Shown in pieces: positions 23,376-36,529 of a stretch of DNA of 64,000 bases. Position 1 is the stretch's first letter. Every line of letters begins with the position of its first letter. Origin of the DNA: Hemiscyllium ocellatum (taxonomy: Eukaryota); contig NC_083409.1 of the NCBI RefSeq assembly GCF_020745735.1, positions 17,050,619 through 17,114,618 on the forward strand, given 5' to 3'. The translations under genes were made by a program, and so were the position numbers. The notes beneath the pieces were generated by a model, which was not told the DNA's origin, did no database searches, and was given only the letters and a program-made list of their open reading frames with translations.

Positions 23376-25089
23376 CTGTGGGTAGAAGCACAGGAGAAAT
23401 GGCAGCTGTTGCACACACCCTAAATACACAGACAAACCCACTCCCAATCCATTATTCTTCCCTAAAACTGCTCAACGAAGACTTTGATGCTTCGACCTTC
23501 TGATTCTTCCCCCATTCAGAATTATGTAAAATTGGATGGAACTCAAAGCATGTTCAATGAAACAAAAATCTGCTAAATGCTTTAAAACTTAATTATAACT
23601 GAAATGAATAACATTAGTGAGATCCAAAAGCACAGACAATACAACTTTAAGGTAACATGCGATGCTCCCAAATTGAAAGAAGGTTTGAAATGTTCCTTTG
23701 CCTAAGACCTTGGCTGAGAAATGATGAATTATTCACTGCATTACATGGTTCAGCACTTTGCCTACAGCATCTTCGAAGAAGCCTCTGCTTCGTCAAATTC
23801 CAAAAATGTTCTGCCTTTAATCGACTGTAGGCAGCCAACTGAAGATCAGCGCTGTGGGAAGTCTCACAATAAATATTGGGGCTGACATGGATTCATACAG
23901 CGCTCCCAGCATTTCAGGATGGTCAAATCATTCTCAATTTAACAGATGAGTGCTTCAAAGCTATATGACCTAGCCACTGACCACTGCCTCACATGGCTCC
24001 AGGCAGGAAGATTTTGATAGGTTTCTCGGCTAACACCATCAAAGGCAAGTAACATGCACAGAAATGTTGGTGTGTGAAACAGTTCAGACTGAAGATACAT
24101 TTGAGTCGAGTTATAAAGACAAAGCAAAGGAAATGAACAGTTCCAAATTTGCTGTGTGGATGAAAAGCTGATTTACACATGCCCATTCTCAGTCCCTGGC
24201 AAAGTGCAACACTTCACAAACTGTGCACAAAGGGAAGTCAGACAATGAGTAGGTTGATGTCGACTTTAGACTGTGGTAAAAAGTTCACATTGCAGTGTTG
24301 CAAGTCTGCGCTACTGGAAGGAGTCATCCAGTGTACACTTCAATGTCAGTGCCACAAGAAAAGAGAAGTTGCATTGTTGGAATTGTAAAGAACTTGGTCT
24401 TCGTGCTGGACAATACTTTGTAACCAATGCTCAAGTCACCCACCTTAACCTCAAACTGTCAAAAACAGCATATCACTTATCTCACTTGTACCATGTTGTT
24501 CCCAACCTTTGAAGTACAGCCACTATTATAATATCATCAAAAGCTGCAACAAACTTTCACACAGCAAGTTCCCACAAATTATAGAAATGGTTCAGTAAAC
24601 GTTTAGCCATAATGACTCATGATTGACCAGGACCATGAGGGAGAACTTCACTCCTCTTCAAAGTAGCACTAAAAATCTTTTTTAAAAAAAACTCACCCAA
24701 GGGGGAAAATGGGGCCTCACTTTGAAAACAATACTTCAGTACTGCACCAGGACTGTCATCCAGGACTTCACTTCAGCGTTTGCTTAATCCCCTCTGCTGA
24801 CTGAGGAAGAGTGCCACTGAGCCATAGCTAACACTCAGAGCTATTACATTGTGTCTCCAGTTTGGAGTAAAATGAGCTTCCTCGAGGATCAGAATAAAAT
24901 GGGGTTCCTCAGTTCCTGACCTTACTTCCATCATAAGGTCAGAAGTGCGGATGGTTGCACAATATTCAGTACCATTCATAGACTGTTTCAATATCTGAGG
25001 AGTTATGTTCAAAGGCAACAAGATCTGGACAATATGTAGGTTTGGACTGGCAAGAGGCAAATAGTATTCGGACCAAAACTGCCAGTCAA

Positions 25090-26110
25090 TGACCATTCCC
25101 AGTAGGAGGCCTGTGACCAGTGGTGTGCCACAAGGATCGGTGCTGGGTTCACTGCTTTTCGTCATTTACATAAATGATTTGGATGTGAACATGGAACATA
25201 GTATGGTTAGTAAGTTTGCAGATAACACCAAAATTGAAGGTGCAGTGGACAGTGAAGAAGGTTCAGAATACAACAGGATCTTGTTCAGATGGGCTGAGGA
25301 GTGGCAGATGAAGTTTAGTTTACATAAATGTGAGGTGCTGCATTTTGGAAAGGCAAATAAGGGCAGGACTTATACACTCAATGGTAAAGTCCTGGGGAGT
25401 GTTGCTGAGCAAAGAGACCTTGGAGTGCAGGTTCATAGTTCCTTGAAAGTGGAGTCACAAGTAAACAGGACAGTGAAGGTGGTGTTTGATATGTTTGCCT
25501 TTATTGGTCAGAGCATTGAGTACAGGAGTTGGGAGGTCATGTTGCAGCTGAATAAGACACTGATCAGGCCTCTTTTAGAATATTCTGTGCAATTCTGGAC
25601 TCCCTGCTCTTGGAAGGATGTTGTGAATCTTGAAAGGGTTATGCAAAGATTTACAAGGGTGTTGCCTGGGTGGGGGGGTTCTGGTATAGGAAGAGAATGA
25701 ATTGGTTGGGGTTACATTCCCTGGAGCACCAGAGGCTGAGAGGCGGCTGTGAAAAGATTTATAAAATTATGAGTGGTATGGACAGGGTAAATAGACAAGT
25801 CTTTTCCCTGGTGAAGGCAATTCCAAAAATAGAGGGCAGAGGTGAGAGGGAAACATTTAAAAGGTACGTAACAGGTAACTGTTTCATGCAGGGGGTGGTG
25901 TGTACATGGAATGAGTTGCCAGAGGAAGTGGAGGCAGCTGGCATAATGGCGATATTTAAAAGGCATCTGGTGGTGTATATGAATAGGAAGGGTTTAAGAG
26001 GAAATGGACCAAATGCTGGCAAATGGGACTCGATTTTATCTCGGATAACTGGTCTGTATGGACAAGTTGAACCGAAGGGTCTGTTTCTGAGCTGTCCATC
26101 TCTACGACTC
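25090..26110 (+). mobile_element. CR1-like LINE RT C-terminus and 3' end
   Basis: VTSGVPQGSVLGSLLFVIYINDLD, SKFADNTKI, KCEVLHFG motifs in ORF 25089-25700. Confidence 0.95.
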
Positions 26111-26820
26111 TAAGAGACAATTTAACCAATGGCCCTTGACATTCAATGGTATTACCATCACTGAATCTTCCACAATGAACATCATGGGGGTTATCATGGA
26201 CCAGAAACTCATTTGGACTCATTATATAAATACTTTGGGCTACAAGGGCAGGTCAGAGGCTTGGAATACTGGGGTGTATAACTCACTTCCTAATTTCCCA
26301 TTGCAAATCCACTGAGTACAGAGCACAAGTCAGGAGTCTGATGGAATACGCCCCACTTGCCTGAATGAGTGCAGCTCCAGTAACACACAAAAAGCTCGCC
26401 ACATCCAAGGCAAAGGAGCCCACTTGATTGGCACCACATCCGCAAGCAGCCATGCCCTCCACCACCCTCCACTCAGTAGCAGCAGTGTGTACAATCTACA
26501 AGATGCATTGCAGAAATTCGGAGATCTTTAGCCAGATCCTCCCAAATCTGTGACCATTTAGATCAAGAAGGACACGACCACCAGACCTGCAAGTTCCCCT
26601 CCAAGCCACTCATCATTCTGACTTCGAAAAATATAATTGTTTCTTCAGGATTGCTGTATCAAATTCTGGGAATTCCCTCCTGAAGGGCATTGTGGGTCTA
26701 CCTACAGCTCATGGACGGCAGTGGTTACAAAAGACAGCTTACCAGGTTCTCAAAAGCAACTAGGATCGGTCAATAAATGCTGGCCAGCCGGCGATGCCCA
26801 GACCCTCTGAGTCATTTAAA
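26110..26820 (+). mobile_element. L2/CR1-group LINE 3' part
   Basis: caagtcaggagtctgatggaatac...gagtgcagctcca block; ends caataaatgctggccagccggcgatgccca. Confidence 0.7.
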
Positions 26821-27162
26821 AAATGGTCATTGAGGAGTTAAGAATTAAAATGGGGTTCCTTGGTACTCAATGAGCATCGAGGAATTTTTTTCTGTTCATT
26901 CATGAAATGTGGATGTCACTGCTGGCCAGCCCTTATTGCCCCTTCCTGGTTGTCTTTGAGAAGATGGTGCTGAGCTAGACCCACAATCTCATTAGGGAGG
27001 GACTTCCAAGAAGCAGTGACAGATTTCCAAGTCAGGATAGTGACCACTGTTTACAAGTTGAGTCACTCACTTACTCAATCTACATACTTTAACTCCAACC
27101 AGCACCACGTTTGTCACATTATTACTGACAAATAGGAAAAAAGGATTACATGGAGTTATTAC

Positions 27163-27309
27163 CTTCACTTCATTTAAATTCTGTGGGTTCCTCGCTCGTT
27201 TGAAGAACAAAGAGCTAATTCGGCTTGGCTTCATCCACGGGGCTGGGCTGGCACGGAGGTCGTCAGAAAAGATGTCAGCAAAGATTTCCCTTGTCACATT
27301 AAAGATAAG
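27163..27309 (-). CDS. CEP350: CEP350-like exon (LIFNVTREIFADIF...WMKPSRISSLFFKRARNPQNLNEVK)
   Basis: 147 nt, phase 0 to 0; matches AVFDLTKEIFEEIF...WMKPCRINSSYFRRVKNPNNLDEIK. Confidence 0.93.
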
Positions 27310-27799
27310 CTGGAAGTAGTAAAAGAGTAACAAAGAAAATATTATATTAGATACGTCCTCTCCACCCAAAAAAAAGCTTGTTAGATCACGACAGTGAAAA
27401 TAAAAGGGAATACTGTTCAAAATATATAAAATAACAACTGTTTGATTCACGATCTGAATCAAGGATAAATTTAGAATTTCATTGATTGCAGTAGAGAAGG
27501 CAAAAGAGAGATGAGAGAAAGGGTTTAAAAGGATTGCAGAACTACCAAGGCTAGGTGCAGATGTATTAGACAAGATTACCTACATAATACTGAGGAAGGC
27601 ACCACAACATAAAAGGAGGCAAATCTTTGAAACAAAATGAATGACATCTGTGGGACATGCTGTAAATAGAAAACAAACTATCATGGCTCCAATTATTACC
27701 TCCTAAAATTCGACCAGAGGGTTGGAGGGCAGCTAACTCCTCATTCAATAAGAAGAAAAACAGGAATATCTCAATCAGTTAGTTTTGTGTCATTTGTTG

Positions 27800-28720
27800 G
27801 TAAATTAAGAGTTAACAGCATGGAGTGAAAGACGAGCAGTTAAAGAGACAATAGCAATTAGCATGAATTTCTAATTAGCAGGTTGTGAACTAGCAAGCGA
27901 TTTGACAAGGCTGTATTAGTAAAGGAGCAGATTAGTGGGAAAAAAGTGTACATGGTTTACATGGATTTTCAGAAAGTATTTCAAGTAGTTACCTCTGAGA
28001 AGACCAAAGGCAAAACTCAGGGGCACCTCAAGTGAAGGGGAGCACAGTCAAGTGAATAGAGGTAGTTGGGAAAATGCAGGTCAGGGTAAAATAAAGATTT
28101 CACACAAGAAAGGTGTGGAGAATGGAAGGGGTCCACAGGAGCCCATACTCAGATCGTCCTTAATTGTTATCGTAATAAACACAATCTTGACTTGGGAATT
28201 TAAGAGAAAGGAATCAAATGATTCCAACTTGGGTTGAAGGGACAGAGATGGAACTATACTGCAGTGACAGTTACAGAAGAATATTTACCGGAAGATGGAA
28301 TTGAAGTTAAGAGTGGGATGAAGTAATACATCGTGTGGATAAGAAAAGGAATTACACCTGAAATGGTAAGATCCTAATCAGATGAGAGCAAAGGCCACAT
28401 AGACACAAACAATTACAGCCACGTTAAGCTGCATAAGATCTTAGAATACTTTGGTCAACTTTGGGAATCTCAACATCGTGCAAATTCTCAAGATGTTATC
28501 AGGAAAAGAGGTACAGACATGATCACAGATTGAGAAGTTCAACCTTTCAGGCTTTCTTTATCTGAAAGTTACGGAATGACCTGTGATTCTAGCTTCTAGA
28601 TCAAGATTCTAGAGAGTTTTAAGAAGGTGAATAATAATCAAATATTGTATTATCAACCAATGGAAACAGCAATAGAAAGACAGAAACGATAGAGAAGAAT
28701 TTGAAAAAAAAACACTGAGT
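27800..28720 (+). mobile_element. Very degraded CR1-like fragment
   Basis: MDFQKVF-like RT remnant at about 27960 and residual CR1 blocks. Confidence 0.45.
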
Positions 28721-29073
28721 GGCTGGAAGGGACACTATATATTATGTAAATAGAAACGGAATCTACAGATTCTCAGACTGGGCAAAGTTATGACAGATGG
28801 GATTTAACGGATAACAGTATGATGATGATGATGATGATAAATTAATAATGGGAGAGTACAAACAGTGGAGGAGAAAGGGGCTTTGGATTTTTAGGGAAGG
28901 GGCAAAATGGTAAATTGAATTCAATGCAGTCATCAGGATCGAGATAATGTTTTTAACATGCTCTGTTATACATATCATCAATCAGAGCTGCAATGGAGCA
29001 CTCTTAACCCATACGTTTCTTGCTTAACAAAGAAAAAATAATTTGGTTTTCAAATGCAAAATCTGGGTCTCAC

Positions 29074-29351
29074 CTCACAATAAGCTCTTCTGCTGACACT
29101 CTCATCATCCTTCCATTTATAATTCCCGAAGTCTGGGGGTATTTGCAAATCCCCCAAATCATGGCCAAGTTCCTGCCATTTGTACAGCTCCTCAGCCGCT
29201 CCATGAACCAGTGTCACAATCTCGACTGCATCTTCAGCAAAAGCAAAGTTAATTTCCCCTTGGATTTTTCGGGGCACATCTTTTCGGGACTGGGGCTCCT
29301 GCACTGGGCTGCCCTGTTGCAAAGTACACATACTGTTGGTCAATCTAGATA
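29074..29351 (-). CDS. CEP350: CEP350-like exon (EIVTLVHGAAEELYKWQELGHDL...ESVSRRAYCE); 5' boundary uncertain
   Basis: Matches EVEILVHNAAEELWKWKELGHDL...ESTSKRVYKQ; GAG|gtgaga donor. Several candidate AG acceptors lie between about 29310 and 29353. Confidence 0.85.
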
Positions 29352-29569
29352 CTGAAGGTCAGGAACAAAAATGATGGAATTCATTTCAAAACATTAATGA
29401 ACAATACATGGTTTTAATAAACTGTGAAATCAAAGCATGAAAACAGGAGACAAACAAACGACAACCTTTGTTTTATATCTCAGAATATGTCTGACAAATC
29501 AGACACAGGCTGGAATTCATTTCCAATTTATTCTCAGCCATGTAATGAAAGTCAAGGTTTCCACATGGA

Positions 29570-30060
29570 GTGAGATCCAGATCATTAAACAGTATATTTT
29601 TTAAGACTGAGTACTCAAACTCAATACAAAATTTACTTGATGGAGTGAAAACAAAAGCTTTCTACTCCTTTTTAAGCTTCTTCTCAAAACCCCTCACAGC
29701 TTCCTTAACTTTTCCAAAACACTCATCATTCTTCTTATTTTACAATACTTTGAATTTCAACACCACACGCTCTTAGCACATAATCAAATTATTAAATGAA
29801 CACCGGAAATAAAAGTGCCCCCAGAAGCAAAGCCAGAAACCACGACTTTCTTGAACCACTCTGGAACTTCCCCAAGTCCTTTTCTATATTTCCACCCTTC
29901 TATCTGTTTAAATCCCGTTTGCTATCCCTGCCTTAATTCCTTGCCAATTAATCTCATGTATGACACGTTGTCAAATGTTTTTTTAAAAAGTGCATGTACC
30001 CACCCATCATACCTCCACATCTGAAAGTTGAGGCTTTTTTAAGCACAGTCATCACTTTTG
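29570..30060 (-). mobile_element. Degraded CR1 RT fragment
   Basis: VGYMHFLKTFDNVSYMRLIGK-like (DVVYMDFQKAFDKVPH) remnant on the minus strand. Confidence 0.55.
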
Positions 30061-30699
30061 AAATCTGCTCGGATGCTTTATTTCACAGTTACCTGTTTTC
30101 TTCCTGTTTTATCTTTAAAAACTTGCATTGATAACAAATCTTTCATATGATAAAACAAACCAAGTAGCTTCACAGAAATAGAATAAAACATGATACTGAG
30201 CCTCACAGAGATCCAAGGGCAGATGTGAAATCTGTCATACAGTTCGAGTGTCTTGTAGGAGGAAAGTGACACAGACAGAAGTAAAGTTCAGGGAGGGGAT
30301 TAAAGAGGTCACTGTCTTAGTAACTGAAGGCTTTTCCATGAATGGAGCAATTAAAATTGAAATTCTCAAAGATTTAATTAAAGGAATACAAATAGCTTGC
30401 CTGCAATGTATAATCATATAAATTAATTTAAATGGTGCAAAGACTGGTTCTGGTATTATCCTTCACCAATCGGCTTTCTGGAATAGAACAAGTAGTATAA
30501 TACAATCATCAAGTCTGGAAGTAAGACAGACATTGACGAGGTTTCTGCAGTGGAAGAACGGAGGTGGGACAGAGACAGATAATCAGAGATTCCGTAAAGT
30601 GTCGGAGCAGGTCATTTGGGCTTTTAAGTCCACATCAACCCTCCGAGGACCAGCCCACCCAGAGCCCCCTCCCCCACCTGGATTTCCCATTGTTAATCC

Positions 30700-30975
30700 A
30701 CCGAGCCCGCACATATTTCCCATGCCTTCACAAAATTCCTATTCTTTCCCACATTACATTTCTCATTCCCCCACAGAATTCCCATTCTCTGCCACTCCCG
30801 TTTCAAATTCCCTCTCAGAATTTCCATTTGATCCCACTCCCATGTTTCCCAACCCCACTCAGAATTCCCATTCCCCCCACACTTATATTTTCCATTCATT
30901 CTCAGAACTCCCATTCCCTCAGATCTCCCACCCCCCTCTCCATATTGTTTCCCATTCTCTCCACTTCCTGTTTCC
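30700..30975 (+). repeat. C-rich degenerate minisatellite (ctcagaattcccattccc-like units)
   Basis: At least four agaa(t/c)tcccattc units; this explains three overlapping spurious ORFs. Confidence 0.7.
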
Positions 30976-31089
30976 CTGGGACTGATTTTGAGCAAAGCCA
31001 AGGATTTGCTATTCTCTGCAGCCTTATATGACATTCTTTACTCATTAGAAACAGTTTTTGTAAAAAAGACAATGCAAAACATCTTTTAC

Positions 31090-31292
31090 CATTTTACTGT
31101 GTGTTGCAACAAAATCCTGGGAATAAACACCATCCGTGAAAATAGGATGGTCAGGACTGGTGGTCAGCCGAAGGGCTGCTGATGGTGATTCCAGTGACTG
31201 AGCAGGTGAAATTCTAACTTCCTCAGGAACTGAACTGTCCCTGTGGGGCTGGGAGCAAGGCGGCACAGGACATTCTTCCACACTGCCTGTGT
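31090..31292 (-). CDS. CEP350: CEP350-like exon (DTGSVEECPVPPCSQPHRDSSVPEE...SPDHPIFTD...)
   Basis: Matches EEESPVPLYSHLNSESSIPEE...SPDHSILTE; tttctgtAG acceptor, gtaaaa donor. Confidence 0.82.
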
Positions 31293-32144
31293 CTACAGAA
31301 AATAACAATACTTAGAACATTTATACAGCAATGGATTAACAGTGCTTAAAGTGAGATGCACAATTCAGTATGACTGTCTTACAACTTCATCCTCCTTTCA
31401 ATATATTCTTTACTTCAGATGCATGTAACAGTATCATAAGGGGAGTAGGTTAGAAACAATTAACCAGAGAAAGTTAAGTATGCACAGGTCACTGATGAAA
31501 AGCACCTTGAGCCAACTCAGATACTATCAGACATATCTGCTCATCATCAAAATACTCCGATACAACATTCTGTGCAGTCCTGGAGATAGTTTCATGTTGC
31601 TGCTAATGGGGAGGAATGAAATTAATTATCAATATTGCAAAGAAAATTAGATTTTTCCGTGTGAACAAAGTGGCCACATAGTCTTGTATAAACAACATCC
31701 AAGCTCTCACATTGATGACAACTTTTGCTGCTTCTCAACTCTGCAAGTGATACGCAACCACCAGCAGTGAAAGGAATTAAAATCTGAAACTTCAGTCTCC
31801 CTCGAGAGGGTGAGTGGGAAACTACACTGAGCTATCGTTTCAAGGTACCATTGAGAAAGATGATAATTCCAACATCTGACCTATTCTGTTTAAATGCATC
31901 ACGGCAGATGCTTGGGAAATGTGATTTCCTTGAATTAATGAGACAGGCTAAGTAAAAGGCCAGGTTTACACCTTGCTTCTTCTGCATTAATGCAGACTGA
32001 TGACATTTACACATCAATATATCACCTCACACGTGCCATGACAATCAGCCATACCAAAGTGCACTTGAAAGCAGTCAGAACCACAGTAAATGCATTACTG
32101 TCTTGAAGAAAAACAAACAAACAAGAAACAGAGGCTAACATTAC

Positions 32145-32341
32145 CGTTCAATTCGGGAATCTTCTTGCTTGCCTCTCTCTTTATCATGTTTGTTTTGAGC
32201 TGCTGGTCCCAAGCAGCCTGAGCCTGTTCTTCCATTTGCTGGATCGCAGCTTCCTCGGCATCGAGCCGCCGCTTCCACTCCAGCAGCTCCTCCGCACGCC
32301 GTCGCCGATGCATCAGTTTCTGCTCCCGTTTAGTGAGAAAC
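32145..32341 (-). CDS. CEP350: CEP350-like exon (FLTKREQKLMHRRRRAEELLEWKRRLDAEEA...)
   Basis: Near-identical to FLTKREQKLMQRRQHAEELLEWKRRLDAEEAEIRQME; phase 2 to 1. Confidence 0.95.
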
Positions 32342-33002
32342 CTGATGGACATGCAAGCAGGACGGGGGAGAGCGAAAGAAAGTGTCAGCTAGCGCTGATA
32401 TTCATTTCTAAAATTGGACATTAACCTGCAGCTCAAAATGTATAATTCTTACTTTTGAAATTCAACACTGTTTGGGTGATAATTTCACAACACAAACAAA
32501 ATTCAGGGCAATGTCTCCTTGGCCCCTTCACACATCCTAGAACATTGCAGCACTACTGCATGTAAATAGGCTCAGTGCAGTTAATCAACACATTCAGAAG
32601 GATTTCCTCCAAGTTTGCTGACGCAATATTAGTCAAAACCATCAACTTTAATCTGCAATGCTGCTCTTAAATAAAACTTCAGTCTGACACAGATTTCCCC
32701 ACCCCACTGCAATTGGTAACCTGGCCCGGCCCAGGGGTTGGTACTGGGACATTTGTGGACTGTGATCTCAAAGGAAGCGTGCAAACAAAATTCTGATAGC
32801 CTGGTCCTCAAAGTTTGGGAAAAGGTTTGAGACCAGTCAGGTGCTATGCCTTCTTGTATTTAGCTCAACTGCATTTCCTATTTACAGTACAGTGTTTTGT
32901 AAAGTGTAAAGAATTATGTGTTCTTTTGCCATGGTGGAGGATTTTTATCCTAGTTAATCACAGTTGCTGCCTCTCACTCCCCAAGTCAAATTATTAGGAT
33001 TT

Positions 33003-33200
33003 GTAACAAAACAAAGAACTGCAGATGCTGAACATCTGAACCGAAGAAGCAAAGTGCTGGAGAAACTCAGCAGGTCTGACAGCATCTGTGAAGAAAAAGA
33101 AAAGTTATGTTTTAAGTTCACTAAATCTTCGTCTGAACGGACAACAGGTCACTGGACTTGAAACATATAATGTCTTTTTCTCTTCAGTGATGCTGCTGGC
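33003..33200. mobile_element. Degenerate palindromic element (second family)
   Basis: gtgctggagaaactcagcaggtctgacagcatctgtg arm with a partial inverted counterpart. Confidence 0.6.
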
Positions 33201-33869
33201 ATTTTCAATATTGAACTTTATTTATAAAACAGATCGGAAAAATACTCATCTGCAAAAGTGAAACAAAAGCGTAAACTTGAGCGTAGTTTCCACACTTGAG
33301 TTAGAGAAAGTCACCTCAGTTTAAAAACACGATTTAATTCAAAGTAGCATTCCATCCCAAAATGAGCCAAGTTACACCAGTAATAAAGCTCACCCAGCCA
33401 ATTAGACACTTCTGCACAAAATCCTGTAGTGTTGGACACAGTCACCTTTATCAAAGAATGACCACATGTCACAAAATTCTCGGCCTAGAGCATGTCTCTT
33501 TAAAGGAGCTGAAAACAAACTCTCAATTTTTACGAAGTTTTTTGATCATACCTAATTGAACACTTAAATCTCAGAGAATAATCTTTGCTTTTTAAAAAAT
33601 GTTTGTGGGACACATCCCACACCTTGCTAAAGGTTCGGTTAGGTCTGATCCATAGAGACAAAGGTCAAGCAAGTATCACACTTTCCATTCACTTCTACAA
33701 AGGGCTAGCGTCACATTTCTTCAGGATTTAAAGAATTTTAGAAATTGTTTGTAAAATCAATGATCACATGAAAGAATTGGACAATAAATGTATGCGATAA
33801 GAGTGAAGCCTGTGACAGCAGATTTTTCTTTGGAGGGCAGTGTGCCCGCTTTCCAAATTCTGGGAGCAG

Positions 33870-35245
33870 ATACATTTACAAGCTATATTGGCGTACAGTC
33901 AAGTTTCTTACTGAACAGTGACAGGATTGGACAGAGTTGGCATGGATTTAAAAGAGGGGAATCATACTTAGCAAATCTACTGAAAGTTTGAGGATCTACC
34001 TAGTAGAATTGATAAGGGGCAAATCTGCAGAATGCTTTTGATCAGGTCCCATATAAGAAATTAGCATATAATGTGTGAGATCGGTGGGAAGGTAGTGGAG
34101 GGTAGAGACTTTACAACCTTAGTGGGCGGCACGGTGGCACAGTGGTTAGCACTGCTGCCTCACAGCGCCTGAAGACCCGGGTTCAATTCCCGACTCAGGC
34201 GACTGACTGTGTGGAGTTTGCACGTTCTCCCCGTGTCTGCGTGGGTTTCCTCCGGGTGCTCCGGTTTCCTCCCACAGTCCAAAGATGTGCGGGTGAGGTG
34301 AATTGGCCATGCTAAATTGCCCGTAGTGTTAGGTAAGGGGTAATGTAGGGGTATGGGTGGGTTTCGCTTCGGCGGGTCGGTGTGGACTTGTTGGGCAGGG
34401 CCTGTTTCCACACTGTAAGTCTAATCTAATCTAACTCTTTTGAGTAGGTCCCACATAAGAAATTAGCATATAATGTGAGAGATCGGTGGGGTGAGGGGGG
34501 GAGTGTATTTGCATGGACAGAGCGCTAGTTGGCAGACAGGAAACAAAGAGCTGGAATAAACAGGCCATTTTCTGAGTGGCAGCCAGTGACCAGTGAGGTA
34601 CTACAGGGATCAATGGTTCAAACCCAGTTATTCACAATATATACGAATGATTTAAATGAGGGAACTATTACTATTTCTAAGTTTGTGGGTGACACAAAGC
34701 TGGGTGGAAGGTAAACTGTGAGGAGGATGCAGAGATGCTTCAAGTGTGATTTACATAAGTTGAGTGATAAGGAAAATGCATGGCAGATGAAAGATAATTT
34801 TGATAAATGTGAGATTTTTGGTTGCAAAAACAGACAGCGAGATTATCTGAATAGATTAGGAAAGGGAGAGTTACAACAAAGGGTGTCTTTGTACACCAGT
34901 CACTGAGAGTAAGCATGCAGGTGCAGCAGGTGGTGAAGACAAATGGTATGTTGGCCTTCATGGTGGGGTAGGCCAGAACCAGTGGTCATAGTCTAAAGGA
35001 TATAGGTTAGGCTGTTCAGAACTGAGATGAGGAGAAATTTCTTCATCCAGATAGTGTTGAACCAACAAAATATTCTACCACAAAGTGTATTTCAGGACAA
35101 AACATTGAATATTTTCAAGGGTTAGATATAGTTCTTAGGGCTAAAGAGATCAAATGGTATGGGGAGAAAGTGAGACCAGGGTTTGGAGTTGGATGATCAG
35201 TCATGATCAGACTGAATGACAGAGCAGGCTCAAGGGGCTTATTAT
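33870..35245 (+). mobile_element. CR1-like LINE fragment interrupted by the SINE at 34124
   Basis: VTSEVLQGSMVQTQLFTIYTNDL, SKFVGDTKLGG motifs and 3' tail. Confidence 0.85.
34124..34434 (+). mobile_element. Full-length young tRNA-derived SINE (HE1/V-SINE-like) inserted in a CR1 fragment
   Basis: Pol III A box TGGCACAGTGG, B box GGTTCAATTCC, V-domain-like core (tttgcacgttctccccgtgtctgcgtgggtttcctccgggtgctccggtttcctccc), CR1-like tail and (CTAAT)n end. Confidence 0.9.
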
Positions 35246-36529
35246 TATCTTGCTTTTCATGTTACTAACAGGAAAAATATACAATTACTTCTAAAACATG
35301 TTAATTGCTTATCTGGATCACAAAAGAAAAAGCTAATTATTTGTTACAGCCTCTTTAAAGCTTTACACAAGCATAATTATTACAAAGTTCCAGTGGTAGT
35401 TAATTCACCTTGGGAGAATGTGCTAGTTACTATTAGCTTTCCAATATTACAACATTCACACAACAAACATAATTTACACTTCTAATTCTGCAATACTTTT
35501 CAATTATTTCACTAATTTTGGGTGAAGTTCATTCAGAAATGTAGTACAGCCAACATGTAGCTGCATGTAGTTGGAGATACTCATGTCTACTGTGACGGTT
35601 ACATACCAATTAAGTTTTCATATCCATAAGAATACCTCAAATGTTCACCAAAGACACATTTGCCCTCTTAAAGAGGCACTGCCTTATGAAAATTCAACCT
35701 TGCAACTCAAATTTCAGATTTCTTAAAGTTACATTTATCAAGGTTAGTGGGCTGCTAACTCTGCCAGACTATTTGCAAAAGTCCAACTCAACGTTAAATA
35801 GGTCAATCTTTATTGTACCCTGTTAGCATGAGCAGCTCAAGATTGTTTGTGTAACTTCAACTTCTTGCTTTCACAGTAATGCCCCTATAAAACCACGTTC
35901 CAGATTAATTGTAAAGTATGCATTATATTGCAAACGAGCAGCTTGCTGCATCTATGTGAAGCCAAAATTCCTTTCCCCTTGACCCTCCACCGACCCCCCA
36001 CATCATCCACATGCATGTGATGAAACAGAGCATGCTCGATCAGTGAGAAGCAGAGGTTGCACAGTACCTGACCAGCTGATTGTAGATGGACATCTGGAAT
36101 TTGGGATGTAGGATGGAAAAACAGACACTGAGAGAAGCCCACTGATGAGACGTAAAGCCAGAGAAGAAGTAGTGACAGGAGAGCGATGTTTACAAAATAA
36201 AGGAGCAAAACAAGAAAAACAAAACAGCTGAGTATCTCCCCAAAATTGCTTTATCTTTAGATACTCAAGAAAACCTCACATTATGAAGGAGAAATTACAA
36301 ATATTCAATCAAAACATTTGTAACCAACTTCCCTACACCTCTACATCAACACAACCCCTTCTGCTCGGATTCATTAACTTCAAATGGCAACAGAGCTCAT
36401 CAAAACCAACCCCAGCTCCATTTCTCTTTCTGACTTAGATAGTGGGAGAATCTCAAGCACTGCCTTCCTAACAGTCCAACCACAGATTACAAACCCATCT
36501 GATGTTTGTTTAATGTGGTAATTATTGTT

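Noticed and set aside
30533-31034. Three overlapping ORFs of 113-155 aa
   Set aside because: Produced by a C-rich minisatellite and a SINE fragment; no recognisable domain. The unique part at about 30460-30610 could not be assigned.
34124-34200. tRNA gene (A and B boxes)
   Set aside because: It is the tRNA-derived head of a SINE, continuous with the SINE core and tail; the same applies to the other copies.
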